From Syntrophobacterales bacterium (GTDB lineage Bacteria; Desulfobacterota; Desulfobaccia; Desulfobaccales; 0-14-0-80-60-11), in the NCBI GenBank assembly GCA_037388025.1, contig JARRKO010000006.1, positions 57,067 through 121,066 of the forward strand: a stretch of 64,000 nt of DNA, given 5' to 3'. The translations under genes and the position numbers were made by a program. The notes under the pieces were generated by a model. That model was not told the origin of the DNA and did not search any database. It worked only from the letters and a program-made list of their open reading frames with translations. Below are positions 1 to 9,794 of this stretch, piece after piece. Numbering within the stretch: position 1 is the stretch's first letter; each line of letters starts with the position of its first letter.

Positions 1-1
1 G

Positions 2-139
2 CGTATCGATTATGGTCCCGGATACCGGGTTTACTTCGTCCAACGTGGGCAGACTTTAGTGATCCTGCTCGCTGGCGGCGACAAGCACACACAAGACCAG
101 GATATCAAGACAGCCCGAGAACTGGCGCAAAAGCTTTAG
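2..139 (+). CDS. Type II TA toxin, RelE/ParE-like addiction module killer protein (5'-truncated)
   Basis: Frame from base 2 reads RIDYGPGYRVYFVQRGQTLVILLAGGDKHTQDQDIKTARELAQKL*, the typical C-terminus of this family; lies directly upstream of the antidote gene. Confidence 0.9.
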   Translation, partial: RIDYGPGYRVYFVQRGQTLVILLAGGDKHTQDQDIKTARELAQKL

Positions 140-148
140 GAGACTGTT

Positions 149-442
149 ATGGCAAAGATTAAAACTCGACCTTGGGACGCAGCGGAACATCTTGAAACCG
201 CTGAGGACATGGCCGCCTATTTGGAAGCCGCCCTGGAAGAAGGCGACCCGGCTTTGGTGGCAGCCGCCTTGGGGGACATTGCCCGCGCCAAGGGAATGGC
301 GCACATCGCCCGAGAGACTGGTTTAGGACGTGAGAGCCTTTACAAGGCGTTGTCGCCCGAAGGCAACCCAGAGTTTGCCACCGTGCTCAAGGTTGTGCGT
401 GCGCTTGGTCTCCGGTTGCGCGCCGCCCCGGGACCTTCGTAA
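149..442 (+). CDS. Addiction module antidote protein (HTH antitoxin)
   Basis: WDAAEHL...ALGDIARAKGM...GRESLYKALSPEGNPEFATV signature; AGGAG RBS. Confidence 0.92.
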   Translation: MAKIKTRPWDAAEHLETAEDMAAYLEAALEEGDPALVAAALGDIARAKGMAHIARETGLGRESLYKALSPEGNPEFATVLKVVRALGLRLRAAPGPS

Positions 443-580
443 ATTGTGCGCCGACGGCCACCGCCAAAGCAGACTGGCGGGATGTGCTTCGCTCAGATTT
501 GACAGAATCCGAATCTTGTGGTTTTGGAACAGTTGCTCATGAGCAGTTGGCTCACCCGAAAATCATGAAAAGCATTTTTA

Positions 581-636
581 TGTAGGGACAGCCGCCCTTG
601 GCTGTCCAGGGGCAGGCGGGGCGCCTGCCCCCTACA
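581..636. repeat. GTAG-headed REP-like inverted pair
   Basis: TGTAGGGACAGCCGCCCTTGGCTGTCC ... GGGGCAGGCGGGGCGCCTGCCCCCTACA; related copies at 38085-38146 and 42379-42405. Confidence 0.75.
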
Positions 637-725
637 TCTGCTTAAAACTTTTCAAGTTAGCTTCTAGAAAAGAAGGTGTGAGATTTGGTTTCTCGTCTTA
701 TCCCACGTTCCTCAGACCCCGAGCC

Positions 726-1127
726 TTATTCCTCAGACGCCGGGGGGACAAAGGGTTTCAGGTCCAGGATGGGGGTGCCGTCCAGCATATCCAGGCCCTT
801 TACCAGGATGACGTTGTCTTTGACTTCCAGGACTTCAACGACGGAGAGCCCCAGGGGATTGGGCCGGAAGGGGGAGCAGATGCTGAAGACCCCGAGATTT
901 TCACTGCGATGGGGCGGTTTTTGCACCAGGCGGTCCGGGGTAAAGGCCGGGCTGCGGTCAAAATGGAAGATTACCACGAGATGCTGGCCCGGCTGGATGT
1001 CCCGCAAGCCTTCCTGGTACTGGGGATCGATGACCAACCTGCCCTCCACGCTGGAGACGCTGCAGTGCCGGGGGACCGACGCGGCCTGATGCTCCACAAA
1101 ACCTATGGGCTTTAGTTCAATGGTCAT
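726..1127 (-). CDS. TsaA/TrmO-like SAM-binding methyltransferase domain protein
   Basis: LKPIGFV, GVFSICSPFRPNPLGLS, GLDMLDGTPILDLKPF motifs. Confidence 0.85.
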   Translation of the reverse strand: MTIELKPIGFVEHQAASVPRHCSVSSVEGRLVIDPQYQEGLRDIQPGQHLVVIFHFDRSPAFTPDRLVQKPPHRSENLGVFSICSPFRPNPLGLSVVEVLEVKDNVILVKGLDMLDGTPILDLKPFVPPASEE

Positions 1128-1204
1128 GCTTCGATCTCCACTATGGCGACTCAGATTTTAAACGGATTTGCTGCAGAATACCAATCTCTAATAACTTTGG
1201 AAGT

Positions 1205-2065
1205 TCAAGACCGCAGGGTCGGTTCGAATTGGCTCTCCAGGCCGAAGCCGATGAGGGCCAGGCTCACTAAGGTAAGACCCAGGGCCAGAGCCGGGGGGAG
1301 CAGCCACCACAACCAGTAATCACCCAGAGCCATAAATTTCATACCATACTGGATCATAATGCCCCAACTTTTATGCTGGGGGTCTGCCAGCCCCAGAAAG
1401 GCCAGCGAGGACTCCAGCAGGATGGCCCTTCTGGTTTGGACGAGAAAGCTCAGGATCAGAAGGTGGTAAAGGCCGGGGAGGAAATGCCGCCTGGCCAGAT
1501 ACGGGGCGGAGGCGCCCATGGCCAGGGCGGCTTCCACATAGAGCTCCCCCTTGATCTCCAAACCCTGGGACCTGAGAATCCGGGTGCTGCTGGCCCAGGA
1601 AAAAAGGCTCAAGGCCAGGATCAACACCGACACCCGGGGCGGCACGAAGGCCACAATGAGCAGCACCAACAGGAGAGGGGGGATGGTCAACCAGGCGTCC
1701 ACCAGGCGCATGAGGGTAAAGTCCCATATCCCCCCTCGCAGCACACTGCTCAAGGAGAGCATCAGGCTGACCAGAACGCCGATGAGGCCCACCGAGAGGC
1801 CAATCACCATGGAGGTTCGCGTCCCGTAAATCAATTCGCTCAGAAGGTCCTGGCCCACGTCGTTGGTGCCGAGGGGGTGCGCCCAAGAGGGTGGCTCCAG
1901 GGGTTTCCCCACATATTCCCAGGGGTTATAGGGATAAAGCCAGGGGCCGGCTAGGGCCAGGAGCACAATAACCGCCAACAGGACGGCCCCGGCGAAAACT
2001 ACGGGATAGCGGCGGATGAGTCCCGGGCGGGAAAATTTGAGCCCTCTATTCCGGCTATTCTCCAT
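1205..2065 (-). CDS. ABC transporter permease (DppC/NikC type)
   Basis: HPLGTNDVGQD, EAALAMGAS (EAA loop), ESSLAFLGL. Confidence 0.92.
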   Translation of the reverse strand: MENSRNRGLKFSRPGLIRRYPVVFAGAVLLAVIVLLALAGPWLYPYNPWEYVGKPLEPPSWAHPLGTNDVGQDLLSELIYGTRTSMVIGLSVGLIGVLVSLMLSLSSVLRGGIWDFTLMRLVDAWLTIPPLLLVLLIVAFVPPRVSVLILALSLFSWASSTRILRSQGLEIKGELYVEAALAMGASAPYLARRHFLPGLYHLLILSFLVQTRRAILLESSLAFLGLADPQHKSWGIMIQYGMKFMALGDYWLWWLLPPALALGLTLVSLALIGFGLESQFEPTLRS

Positions 2066-2079
2066 AGTTACCTCGATTT

Positions 2080-3042
2080 TTAGGCCTGGCTTCTTATCCT
2101 CGGGTCAGCCCACCGGTATCCCCACTCGGCCAGGGCGTTTCCCGCCAGGACCGCCAGGATGCTCACCAGCAGGAGCCCTTGAATAAGGGGGTAATCCCGC
2201 TTCAGGAGGGCCTGAAACAAGAGCTGCCCCGCCCCGGGGTAGGCAAAAACCACTTCCACCGGCAACGCTACGGCCCAGAGAATACCGAAGCGAATTCCCA
2301 GGCGGGTGATGAGAGGCAGCAGGGCGTTGCGGGCCTGGTAGCGATATTTGATCCGGGCCTCCCCCAGACCCCGGGCCCGGGCCGCCAGCACAAAGGGGGC
2401 CTGGAGTACCTTGAGCATGCTGGCCCGGACCAGCAAGGCCACACTCGGGAGCTCGGCCATCATCAGGGTTAAGGTGGGCAGAGCCAGGTGCCAGAGGACA
2501 TCCAACTCAAACCCCCCCGGCCGGCTGACCTGGGGAATAACCTCCAGGGCGCCGAAAAAGGGAAACAAGCCGAGCTTCAGACTGAAAATCAATAACAAGG
2601 CCATCCCCACCAGAAAACCCGGCAAGGATTCCAGGACCAGGCAGCAGCCCACGGCCGCGGCAGCCCAGGACCGGGTGCGCTGAATGGCCAGTTCCACCCC
2701 CAGCCAGACCCCCAAAAAGGTGCTGAGGAGGAAGCTCACGCCACACAGGAGAGCAGTCCAGAGCAGGGCCGGGCCGATGACCGCTGAGACCGGGGCTTGA
2801 TGATAAAACGAATACCCCAGGTCGCCGTGGAGCAGGTGGTCCACATACTGCACGAATTGCTGCGATAAAGGCTGGTCCAAACCGTAACGCTGCCTCAGCT
2901 CCTGGCGATATTCCGGAGTGATAATAAGGTCTTGTTCCCCCACCAGAGCGGTTAAGGGGTCTCCGGGCAGAAGACGCGGCAGCGCGAAATTGAGCCCCAG
3001 GATGAAAATCAGCACAAAGAGATATCCCAGAACGCGACTCAT
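2080..3042 (-). CDS. ABC transporter permease (DppB/NikB type)
   Basis: PGDP, YGLDQPL, GDLGYS, ARARGL, RDYPLIQG. Confidence 0.92.
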   Translation of the reverse strand: MSRVLGYLFVLIFILGLNFALPRLLPGDPLTALVGEQDLIITPEYRQELRQRYGLDQPLSQQFVQYVDHLLHGDLGYSFYHQAPVSAVIGPALLWTALLCGVSFLLSTFLGVWLGVELAIQRTRSWAAAAVGCCLVLESLPGFLVGMALLLIFSLKLGLFPFFGALEVIPQVSRPGGFELDVLWHLALPTLTLMMAELPSVALLVRASMLKVLQAPFVLAARARGLGEARIKYRYQARNALLPLITRLGIRFGILWAVALPVEVVFAYPGAGQLLFQALLKRDYPLIQGLLLVSILAVLAGNALAEWGYRWADPRIRSQA

Positions 3043-4613
3043 GGGGAAGAAGATGCTGCCTTAGGCAGAAGGGCGATCTTATTGAAATATGTGGGAATAC
3101 CCTTGGCGATGCCCCCCTTGGTAAAAAACCAGGGGATGCGGCCGTCGTGACCGAGGTACCAGGTGGGATAGTACAACACCAGATTAGGGAGTTCCTGAGC
3201 CAGTTGCTCCTGGATTTGAGCCACCAGCCGCCGCCGCTCGGCTTGGTCCAAAGTATGAAGCTGGTCCCTCAGCAGTTGGGCTAACTTCGGAGAAGGCTGA
3301 TACCCACCTAAAAACTCCGCGGCCAAAGGCCCAAGGGACATATCATAGATGATCTTGGGGTCGCCACCGAGACCGCCATGCCCGGAGAGGGCCAGGTCAA
3401 ACTGTTGCGTTTTCACCCGTTGATCCAAAATGGAATGATCCACCTGGCGCAGGCGCACGTTTACGCCAATTTTCTGGAAGGCCTTTTTCAAATATTCCGC
3501 CTCCCGCCCGTAACGCGGGCCGCTGAGCAGCTCCAGCTCCAGGATCTGTCCTTGCTGCTCCCATCCCTTTGGGGTCCTTTGATACCCCAGAGAGGCGAGC
3601 AAACGGGCGGCGGCCGCCGGATCAGAAGGGTAGGTCGTCTGGGGAGCAGAATACCAGGGGCTGTCGGGGGGCAGGAGACCGGGGGAACCTGGCTGACCGT
3701 GGCCGCGCAAGGTTTGGGCCACCAATTCCGGCAGATTGAGGGCGTGGGCCAGGGCCTGGCGAAACGCCAGTTTTTGTTGGGGAAATTTGCCGTGATTGAA
3801 CAGCAGCTTCAGGCACCAGAAATGAGGCAGGGAAACCACCGTAAAGCCCTGGGCCTTGAGTTCCGGGACGGCTTCCGGCGGAACGGCCGCAGCCTGCACT
3901 GCTTTGCCCTTCAAGGCCACGAGTTCATTTCCCACCTGGACGAAACTGATTTCCGGCACTACCGGCTTGCCCTGGTAATACTTATCAAAGGCCACAAAGC
4001 GATAAAGGCCGTGTTCCCGGCGGTATTCCGCCAACTTATAGGGACCGCTGCCGATGGTGGCCCGGGCATCATGAAATCGGCGCGGGTCCTGCACCTGCTC
4101 CCAGATGTGCCGGGGCAGGATAAACATGGTGCCAGCGACTTCCTCCAAAAACGGGGCATAAGGCTGACTGAGAACCAGGCGCACGGTATGGGGGTCGAGC
4201 ACCTCCACTTTCTGAATGGGCCGGATGTCCACCCAGGGATGGGGGTGCTTTTTGAGATAATCGATGGTGAAGGCCACATCAACGGCGGTCAGGGGTTTCC
4301 CATCGTGCCAGATTACCCCCGGCCGCAGGTGGAACACGTAGGCCGGAGGAGACTCCTGGTATTCCCAGGTCTCGGCTAAGGCCGGGATGAAGCCCTTGGC
4401 GTCTTTCCAGATCAGGGTGTCGAAGAGAAAGGAAACGCGCAGGTACCCCGGCCCCCGGGGGTTATGGGCAAAGGGAGAGGGAAACCCCCAATCCCCCTGG
4501 GGGTCACCGATGAGATAATGCTGCTGCGGGGGGGTGCCGCCCCCGGCCGAATAGAGACCGATCCCGGCCAAAATCAGGACCAGAGGCACCAGCCAGAGGA
4601 TTTTTTTAGCCAT
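3039..4613 (-). CDS. ABC transporter substrate-binding protein, family 5 (peptide/nickel)
   Basis: N-terminal signal/anchor; PALAETW, WHDGKPLTAVDVAFT, IGSGPYKL. Confidence 0.92.
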   Translation of the reverse strand: MAKKILWLVPLVLILAGIGLYSAGGGTPPQQHYLIGDPQGDWGFPSPFAHNPRGPGYLRVSFLFDTLIWKDAKGFIPALAETWEYQESPPAYVFHLRPGVIWHDGKPLTAVDVAFTIDYLKKHPHPWVDIRPIQKVEVLDPHTVRLVLSQPYAPFLEEVAGTMFILPRHIWEQVQDPRRFHDARATIGSGPYKLAEYRREHGLYRFVAFDKYYQGKPVVPEISFVQVGNELVALKGKAVQAAAVPPEAVPELKAQGFTVVSLPHFWCLKLLFNHGKFPQQKLAFRQALAHALNLPELVAQTLRGHGQPGSPGLLPPDSPWYSAPQTTYPSDPAAAARLLASLGYQRTPKGWEQQGQILELELLSGPRYGREAEYLKKAFQKIGVNVRLRQVDHSILDQRVKTQQFDLALSGHGGLGGDPKIIYDMSLGPLAAEFLGGYQPSPKLAQLLRDQLHTLDQAERRRLVAQIQEQLAQELPNLVLYYPTWYLGHDGRIPWFFTKGGIAKGIPTYFNKIALLPKAASSSP

Positions 4614-5319
4614 GGACGCCGTCCCGAGTCATGGTCATGCCGTGGCCGGTTAACAAAAAATAATCCTCCCCGGCGCAGGTGAGACAATAGGGCTGGCCCT
4701 CACGCAGGCGCACCCGGCTTTCCATGACCGATTCGCCGCACCCGCTGCACACCTGTGAAGCAAAAATGGGGGCATACTCGGGTACCTCTATAGTGAGGCG
4801 GGTGATGGTGAACTGCTCTTCCACAGGCGCGGCCAGCTCTTTGTAGGAAATGCTGTGCCAAACATGCTGGAAGTGATGCTTCTCCTCGGGGGTGCCCTGG
4901 CGCTCCGCCACGATCTTCTGGAAGAGGGGGCCGGCGATGGGGTAGCGGGACATCATTTCCTGGAAATAATCGGGTCTTACCGCCAGGCGCACGGCAAAGC
5001 CATCCTCCCGGCGGGCCATGGTTACGGCCGTCTTCCCCAGGTCCTTATAAATCAAGGCGTTGTTTCCAAAGGTGCAGCCGGTCACCACCTGGATGCCGTC
5101 GGTGAAACAATTATTACACTCCACGATGGCCACGACTTCCTCCATGCCGGTGTTGGGGCGATCCATGGCCTTCATGGCGTAATGCCCGGCCTTCACCCCC
5201 AAACTGACCCCAGGGCACAGGTGGCCGTGGATGTGTTCCACCTGCCTCAGCAGGCCCTCCAGATCATTGCCCCGGATCATGGTCTCCATGACTTCCCGGG
5301 CTTCGGCAAATTCGTGCAT
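4606..5319 (-). CDS. FmdE/FwdE family protein with C-terminal zinc finger
   Basis: HGHLCPG, ECNNCFTDGIQVVTGCTFGN, CSGCGE...CLTC. Confidence 0.9.
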   Translation of the reverse strand: MHEFAEAREVMETMIRGNDLEGLLRQVEHIHGHLCPGVSLGVKAGHYAMKAMDRPNTGMEEVVAIVECNNCFTDGIQVVTGCTFGNNALIYKDLGKTAVTMARREDGFAVRLAVRPDYFQEMMSRYPIAGPLFQKIVAERQGTPEEKHHFQHVWHSISYKELAAPVEEQFTITRLTIEVPEYAPIFASQVCSGCGESVMESRVRLREGQPYCLTCAGEDYFLLTGHGMTMTRDGVHG

Positions 5320-5363
5320 GTCTTTACCTCCCCTTAGGGAACTTTCCTTTAGTCAGGATAGGG

Positions 5364-5972
5364 TTAGTCTTCATATTTTGAGGCCAGGGGGTCTTTGCCA
5401 TCGGGGAACATGGCCCCGAAAGGGTCCAACCGGTGGAGGTCCACCGCCCGGCAGTATTTCATGCCCCGATTGCTGCCCGTCATCATCAGGGGCCGGGCCT
5501 TTTCCAGATTCAAGGAGCCGTCCGGCTGATAGACTTCATCGGCCACTTCCAGGTGCACCACCTGGCCCATAATCAAAACATACTGGGGCTCGGCATACTC
5601 TTTGTAGAGCCGGCACTCCATCCAGGCGTAGCAGCCCATGATGCCGGGGGCCCTGACCTGCACCGAGGGCTTGGCCGTGAGGTCGGCCAACTCGAATTCA
5701 TCAGCTTCCGGCGGGCTAAAGCGGGCGGTGGGGATCACCTTGTCGGCCATGTCGACCCCTGCCAGGTTGATGACAAATTCCCCCGTGGCCCGGATATTGG
5801 CCAGGGTATCCCTTTTCAGGGCCGAAGCCAGACAGACTAGGTCCAGGGGCCGCAGCACCGGCATCACACAGGAATAGGGCGCGATGTTACGAACCCCGGT
5901 CTCGCTGATGGTGGAAATAAAAGTCACCGGCAGGGGAAGGTAGGCTTCTCGTTTAAACGGTTTGAGGATCAT
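5364..5972 (-). CDS. Flavin reductase-like (flavoredoxin) FMN-binding protein
   Basis: NIAPYS, DTLANIRATGEFVIN, WMECRL motifs. Confidence 0.85.
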   Translation of the reverse strand: MILKPFKREAYLPLPVTFISTISETGVRNIAPYSCVMPVLRPLDLVCLASALKRDTLANIRATGEFVINLAGVDMADKVIPTARFSPPEADEFELADLTAKPSVQVRAPGIMGCYAWMECRLYKEYAEPQYVLIMGQVVHLEVADEVYQPDGSLNLEKARPLMMTGSNRGMKYCRAVDLHRLDPFGAMFPDGKDPLASKYED

Positions 5973-5997
5973 CGTCGTCTCCTGATCAGATAGCCCA

Positions 5998-8166
5998 TTA
6001 GTTTCTAATTTGGATGCCGCCGTAGATGGTCTGGATGGGCATCGGAAATCCGGCGGTCTCTTCGTAAAATTCCCCGGTCAGGTTGCTCACGCCGCCGTAA
6101 ACATAGCCGGTAAAGCCCTTCCAGTTGCCCACCGGGTAGCGGCCCTCCAGATTGAGGGTGAAAAAGCCCTTCATGCGCCGCAGGAAGCTGCCGATAACCT
6201 GATTCTGAGAGTTCACCAGCACCTGTGGTTCGTAGCGCTGGGAAACCATACGCACGTAAAGTTTGGCTTCAGCCCCCTTGGGGTTTTGGTATTTCAGGCC
6301 GATATTGGCCTTGTGTTCCGGATATTCCGCCAGCCGGCGGACATTTCCTCCCAAAGGGTCAGGGCTGGTGGTGGTCTGCTGCCAGGTGTAATTGGCAAAG
6401 GCCGTCAGGTTATAAGGCAAGCCGATCTGCCCCTCCACTTCCACGCCTCGGAGTAAGACGAGGTCGATGTTGTACACCACCCGGCTGGGGCGAAAGCCGT
6501 AGACGGTGCGAATGTAATTGTTGATGTCGTAGTAATAGCCCCGTACCCGCAGTTTGCCATTGTAGGGAAATTCTTGGGTGATCCCCGCCTCATACTGCAT
6601 GCCGAATTCCGGCTCCAGCACCGGCCCCCGGTCAGAAGGGATGTAGCCGTTGCCGAACCAATATACCTCCGGGATGGTGGGGAACCGAGACGCGAAGTTG
6701 ATGGAGATAAACCCTTCGGTGGTCTCCGTGGGCCGAATGATGAGGGTGCTTTTGGGGCTGAGGAAATCCCGGCGCAACGGTGGCACCACGGTACCAGTAG
6801 TGCTGATCAGGTACTTATCGGCGAAGTAGTTGTCATAGCGCAGGCCCAGGTAGAGTTCGCACCACTTGGCCAAGAACATTTTGGCATCGATGAAGCCGCC
6901 GTAAATCCGCTCGGCGTTCTTATTGGCGCCGCTGCTGGAGGGAGCAAACCGGAAATAGGCCGGATCATAGAAATCATTGGTCAAGGCACCGTAACCCAAA
7001 TAGTTGCCTTCCAGACCGAAGCCGAGCCGCACCTTGCCGAAGGTTTGGTTGGTCTTGAGATTCCAGCCCCAGGAGTCTTCATCCAGGCTGTGCCGTTCCA
7101 GGATGAGCAGGTCGTTGTTATTTAAGGCATAGAATTTATCTCGCCGGGCCGTCTGAAAGTAGAACAGGTTGCCCTCCACCTCGCCCTTCCAGAGTTTTTG
7201 CTTCACCGCCAGGTCGATTTCGAAGCGCCGGCGATCGACAAAGCTGTTGTCGCCGTAATCATATCCTGGACCGCCTCCTGGACCGGGTTTGAACCCCCAA
7301 AACGGCGGCTCTGGTCCGAAGAGGATATCGCCGTCGCTGCTGGGATGGTCCGGATTGTAGAAGGGCAAAAAGGCCCGGTTGGCCACAATCATGCCGGTGT
7401 TCTGGGCGCTGTATCGAGCCCCCAGGGTAATGCTCATGTCCCAGGGACAGTGGTACGTGAACTTGCCGTTGTAATCCTGGGAAGGACGGACAAAGTTGTT
7501 TCGCAAGTAGCCGGTGGTTCTGCCGAAGTTCCCGGATATGGCGTACTCCAGCGGGCCATGGCTGCCGGTGTGGGCCAAGCGGTAGTTCTGGGTGTCCCAA
7601 CTGCCGTAACTGGCGTCAAAGGCCAACTTCGGCTTTTTACTGCCCTTGACCGTGGTGATATTGACCACTCCCCCCAGGGTGTTGCCGTATTCCGCGGATT
7701 GGGCCCCCCGGATAATCTCCACGCTCTCCAGGCCGGCCAGGGACAGGGTGGACCAGTCCACAAAATAGCCGCCATACACCCCCACACCCTTGATGGAGCG
7801 TCCGTTGAGATAGACCTGATAGCGGGACTCGTCAAACCCCCGAATCACCACCTGCCGGTTTTTTTCCCCCAACAAGGACACCCGGGTCAAATCAATGCCG
7901 GCTTGATTTTCCAAGTAGCCCGGCAGATTCTGATAAGGGGCGAGAGTCATGTCCTCTTGCTTGATCACGGTGCGGGCGGGTCCCGGTTCTATGGGCGCCA
8001 CCACCTCGATGGTGGGCAGTTTCTCCGGTGCTTCCTTGGTAACTGCCGCCGTTTCTTCCTTCCCCAGGGAAGGCTCGGTTTGCTCTTCCCCTGATACCCC
8101 CGAGGCCAAAAATGCCAGCGATAATCCTACCAAAATCGCCAGCCTGCCCCATTTGCTAACCTGCAT
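5998..8166 (-). CDS. TonB-dependent outer membrane receptor
   Basis: Signal peptide; plug motifs IRGFD, VEIIRGAQSAEYG, GGVVNI; barrel LGLRYD; ATG at 8166 preceded by AGGAG. Confidence 0.92.
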   Translation of the reverse strand: MQVSKWGRLAILVGLSLAFLASGVSGEEQTEPSLGKEETAAVTKEAPEKLPTIEVVAPIEPGPARTVIKQEDMTLAPYQNLPGYLENQAGIDLTRVSLLGEKNRQVVIRGFDESRYQVYLNGRSIKGVGVYGGYFVDWSTLSLAGLESVEIIRGAQSAEYGNTLGGVVNITTVKGSKKPKLAFDASYGSWDTQNYRLAHTGSHGPLEYAISGNFGRTTGYLRNNFVRPSQDYNGKFTYHCPWDMSITLGARYSAQNTGMIVANRAFLPFYNPDHPSSDGDILFGPEPPFWGFKPGPGGGPGYDYGDNSFVDRRRFEIDLAVKQKLWKGEVEGNLFYFQTARRDKFYALNNNDLLILERHSLDEDSWGWNLKTNQTFGKVRLGFGLEGNYLGYGALTNDFYDPAYFRFAPSSSGANKNAERIYGGFIDAKMFLAKWCELYLGLRYDNYFADKYLISTTGTVVPPLRRDFLSPKSTLIIRPTETTEGFISINFASRFPTIPEVYWFGNGYIPSDRGPVLEPEFGMQYEAGITQEFPYNGKLRVRGYYYDINNYIRTVYGFRPSRVVYNIDLVLLRGVEVEGQIGLPYNLTAFANYTWQQTTTSPDPLGGNVRRLAEYPEHKANIGLKYQNPKGAEAKLYVRMVSQRYEPQVLVNSQNQVIGSFLRRMKGFFTLNLEGRYPVGNWKGFTGYVYGGVSNLTGEFYEETAGFPMPIQTIYGGIQIRN

Positions 8167-8314
8167 TTGTGTCTCCTTTCCCCCTGGCTGGAGTTTTGAC
8201 AAGGGACCCCGGCTCTGGTAGAAAAGGAGTCGGGGCCGTGGACTTGGTGCTGTGGTCCCAGGGAGAGCGGCTTTTTTCCTGGCCGGGAGGGGCCGCTCTC
8301 TTTTAGCTGGAATT

Positions 8315-8332
8315 TTGTGAAAGATTTCTCAA
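8315..8332. promoter_or_regulatory. Rex-like operator palindrome TTGTGAA-AGAT-TTCTCAA
   Basis: One mismatch to the TTGTGAA-N4-TTCACAA consensus; lies in the leader of the TonB-receptor operon. Confidence 0.5.
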
Positions 8333-8388
8333 AATAGAACCCCAAAAAAATAGAGGGAAGGGGTTCAATCCCCTTTATTTCTAAAAAT

Positions 8389-8418
8389 AATCTAAGCCCG
8401 CTTTAGGCCTATTGTCAA
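8389..8418 (-). promoter_or_regulatory. Putative sigma70 promoter of the TonB-receptor operon
   Basis: TTGACA-N18-TAGATT on the minus strand. Confidence 0.5.
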
Positions 8419-8591
8419 GAATTTTTTCTGCTGATGCGCCTCCGGATGCTTGCCCACCAAGACCTTGGCAGTGAGAACAAGTAAGCTATAGTTCACTGAT
8501 TATCATATCTTGACCCCAGGTCCTCGCCTGAAACATTCCCAAGTTCTCAAAAAGGCCTCGAAAAACTACGACCAAACCCATTTAATGTTCT

Positions 8592-9623
8592 TCAAGGCTT
8601 TGTTAGAGTCACCACACCCACGACGCCTGGCCAAAATCGCTCGCAGACCCAGATGACAACCGGTAATACGGCGACCAGGGAGGCCGTGGTTACAGCAATA
8701 ATACCCGCGGTCTGCTCCACGTAGGTCCCGTGCTCCTCGGCGAGCGGAAGCACCATTTTCGCCGTCGGGAGGCTGAACGAGACGACCAAGGCGATGGCAA
8801 ATACCGGCGAGAGCCTGAACAACTTCGCGACAACAAGCGCCAGAGCCGGCGAAAGGATCACCCGCACCGCTGAGATCCCGGCGATCTCGGCTGCGTTCTC
8901 CCGGATGGAAGGAGCACTGAGCGCCATGCCGACGGCGAAGAGGGCCGACGGGATAGTAGCACTCCCCAATGTCAGCAGCGTCTTATCGAGCCAACCGGGC
9001 AAGACAACCCCCGTACCGGCAAGGAGCAGGCCCAACATGGTTGCGACAACCAGCGGATGAGTAATCATCTTTTTCATAGCGGCCAGGACCACGCCCAAAG
9101 CGGCTTCTCCCGTTAAACTGCCCGATCGTGAGAAGTCTGACAGGATGAGCGTGAGTGGCAGTATTGTGAAGTAGGCGACCACTAGGTTGATAATTGTTGG
9201 AATGATGGCGTGGTGACCGAGATTGGCGAGCAGAACCGGCAAGCCGACGACCACCGTGTTAAATTTGGTTCCGGCAAAGGCAGAAAACGCGCTGACACCA
9301 AGTCCGCGTCTCAGCAGGACCACATTTACCACGAATAGTCCGCCGTAAAGTCCAAGCATCAGGAAAAGGGTCGCAAGGATGAATGAGGTGTCTAAGAGGG
9401 AGGCAAGCTGTTGTTTCGCCAACAGCGAGACAATGAGTGCCGGTGCGAACACGTGAAGAAACAGGGTGGTAAGGACATCGGCGCGCGAGGCCTCCAGAAG
9501 CCGTATCCGCACGATCAACCACCCTACAGCCACCGTCAGCAAGATCGGAACTTGAAGGGTGATGATACCAAGCTCACTCATGAGAGAAATCCAAAAGTTC
9601 GCAGCTCGTCTTTCGAGGATCAA
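8592..9623 (-). CDS. AEC (auxin efflux carrier/malonate) family transporter
   Basis: About 10 hydrophobic segments; NTVVVGLP, HPLVVA, IPSALFAVG, LPTA; start may be 9581. Confidence 0.8.
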   Translation of the reverse strand: MILERRAANFWISLMSELGIITLQVPILLTVAVGWLIVRIRLLEASRADVLTTLFLHVFAPALIVSLLAKQQLASLLDTSFILATLFLMLGLYGGLFVVNVVLLRRGLGVSAFSAFAGTKFNTVVVGLPVLLANLGHHAIIPTIINLVVAYFTILPLTLILSDFSRSGSLTGEAALGVVLAAMKKMITHPLVVATMLGLLLAGTGVVLPGWLDKTLLTLGSATIPSALFAVGMALSAPSIRENAAEIAGISAVRVILSPALALVVAKLFRLSPVFAIALVVSFSLPTAKMVLPLAEEHGTYVEQTAGIIAVTTASLVAVLPVVIWVCERFWPGVVGVVTLTKP

Positions 9624-9794
9624 CCCGAGATTATGCAGTAGGCATGGGCTCCGCAGTCAAAAAATGGTCTTAAGGACCTCTCTTTCCGAGTTAAATCCAG
9701 AAAAGATTCCTCTTTTATCAGCCATATTGCCTTATGGGCGGCATGGTAGCACAAATTTCCCTGGAAAAGTAGGGCAAACTTTGCTAAGATCCGG

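Noticed and set aside
8170-8420. Cobalamin, Moco or SAM riboswitch upstream of the TonB receptor
   Set aside because: Conserved blocks such as the B12 box were not found by eye; kept only as an unclassified leader
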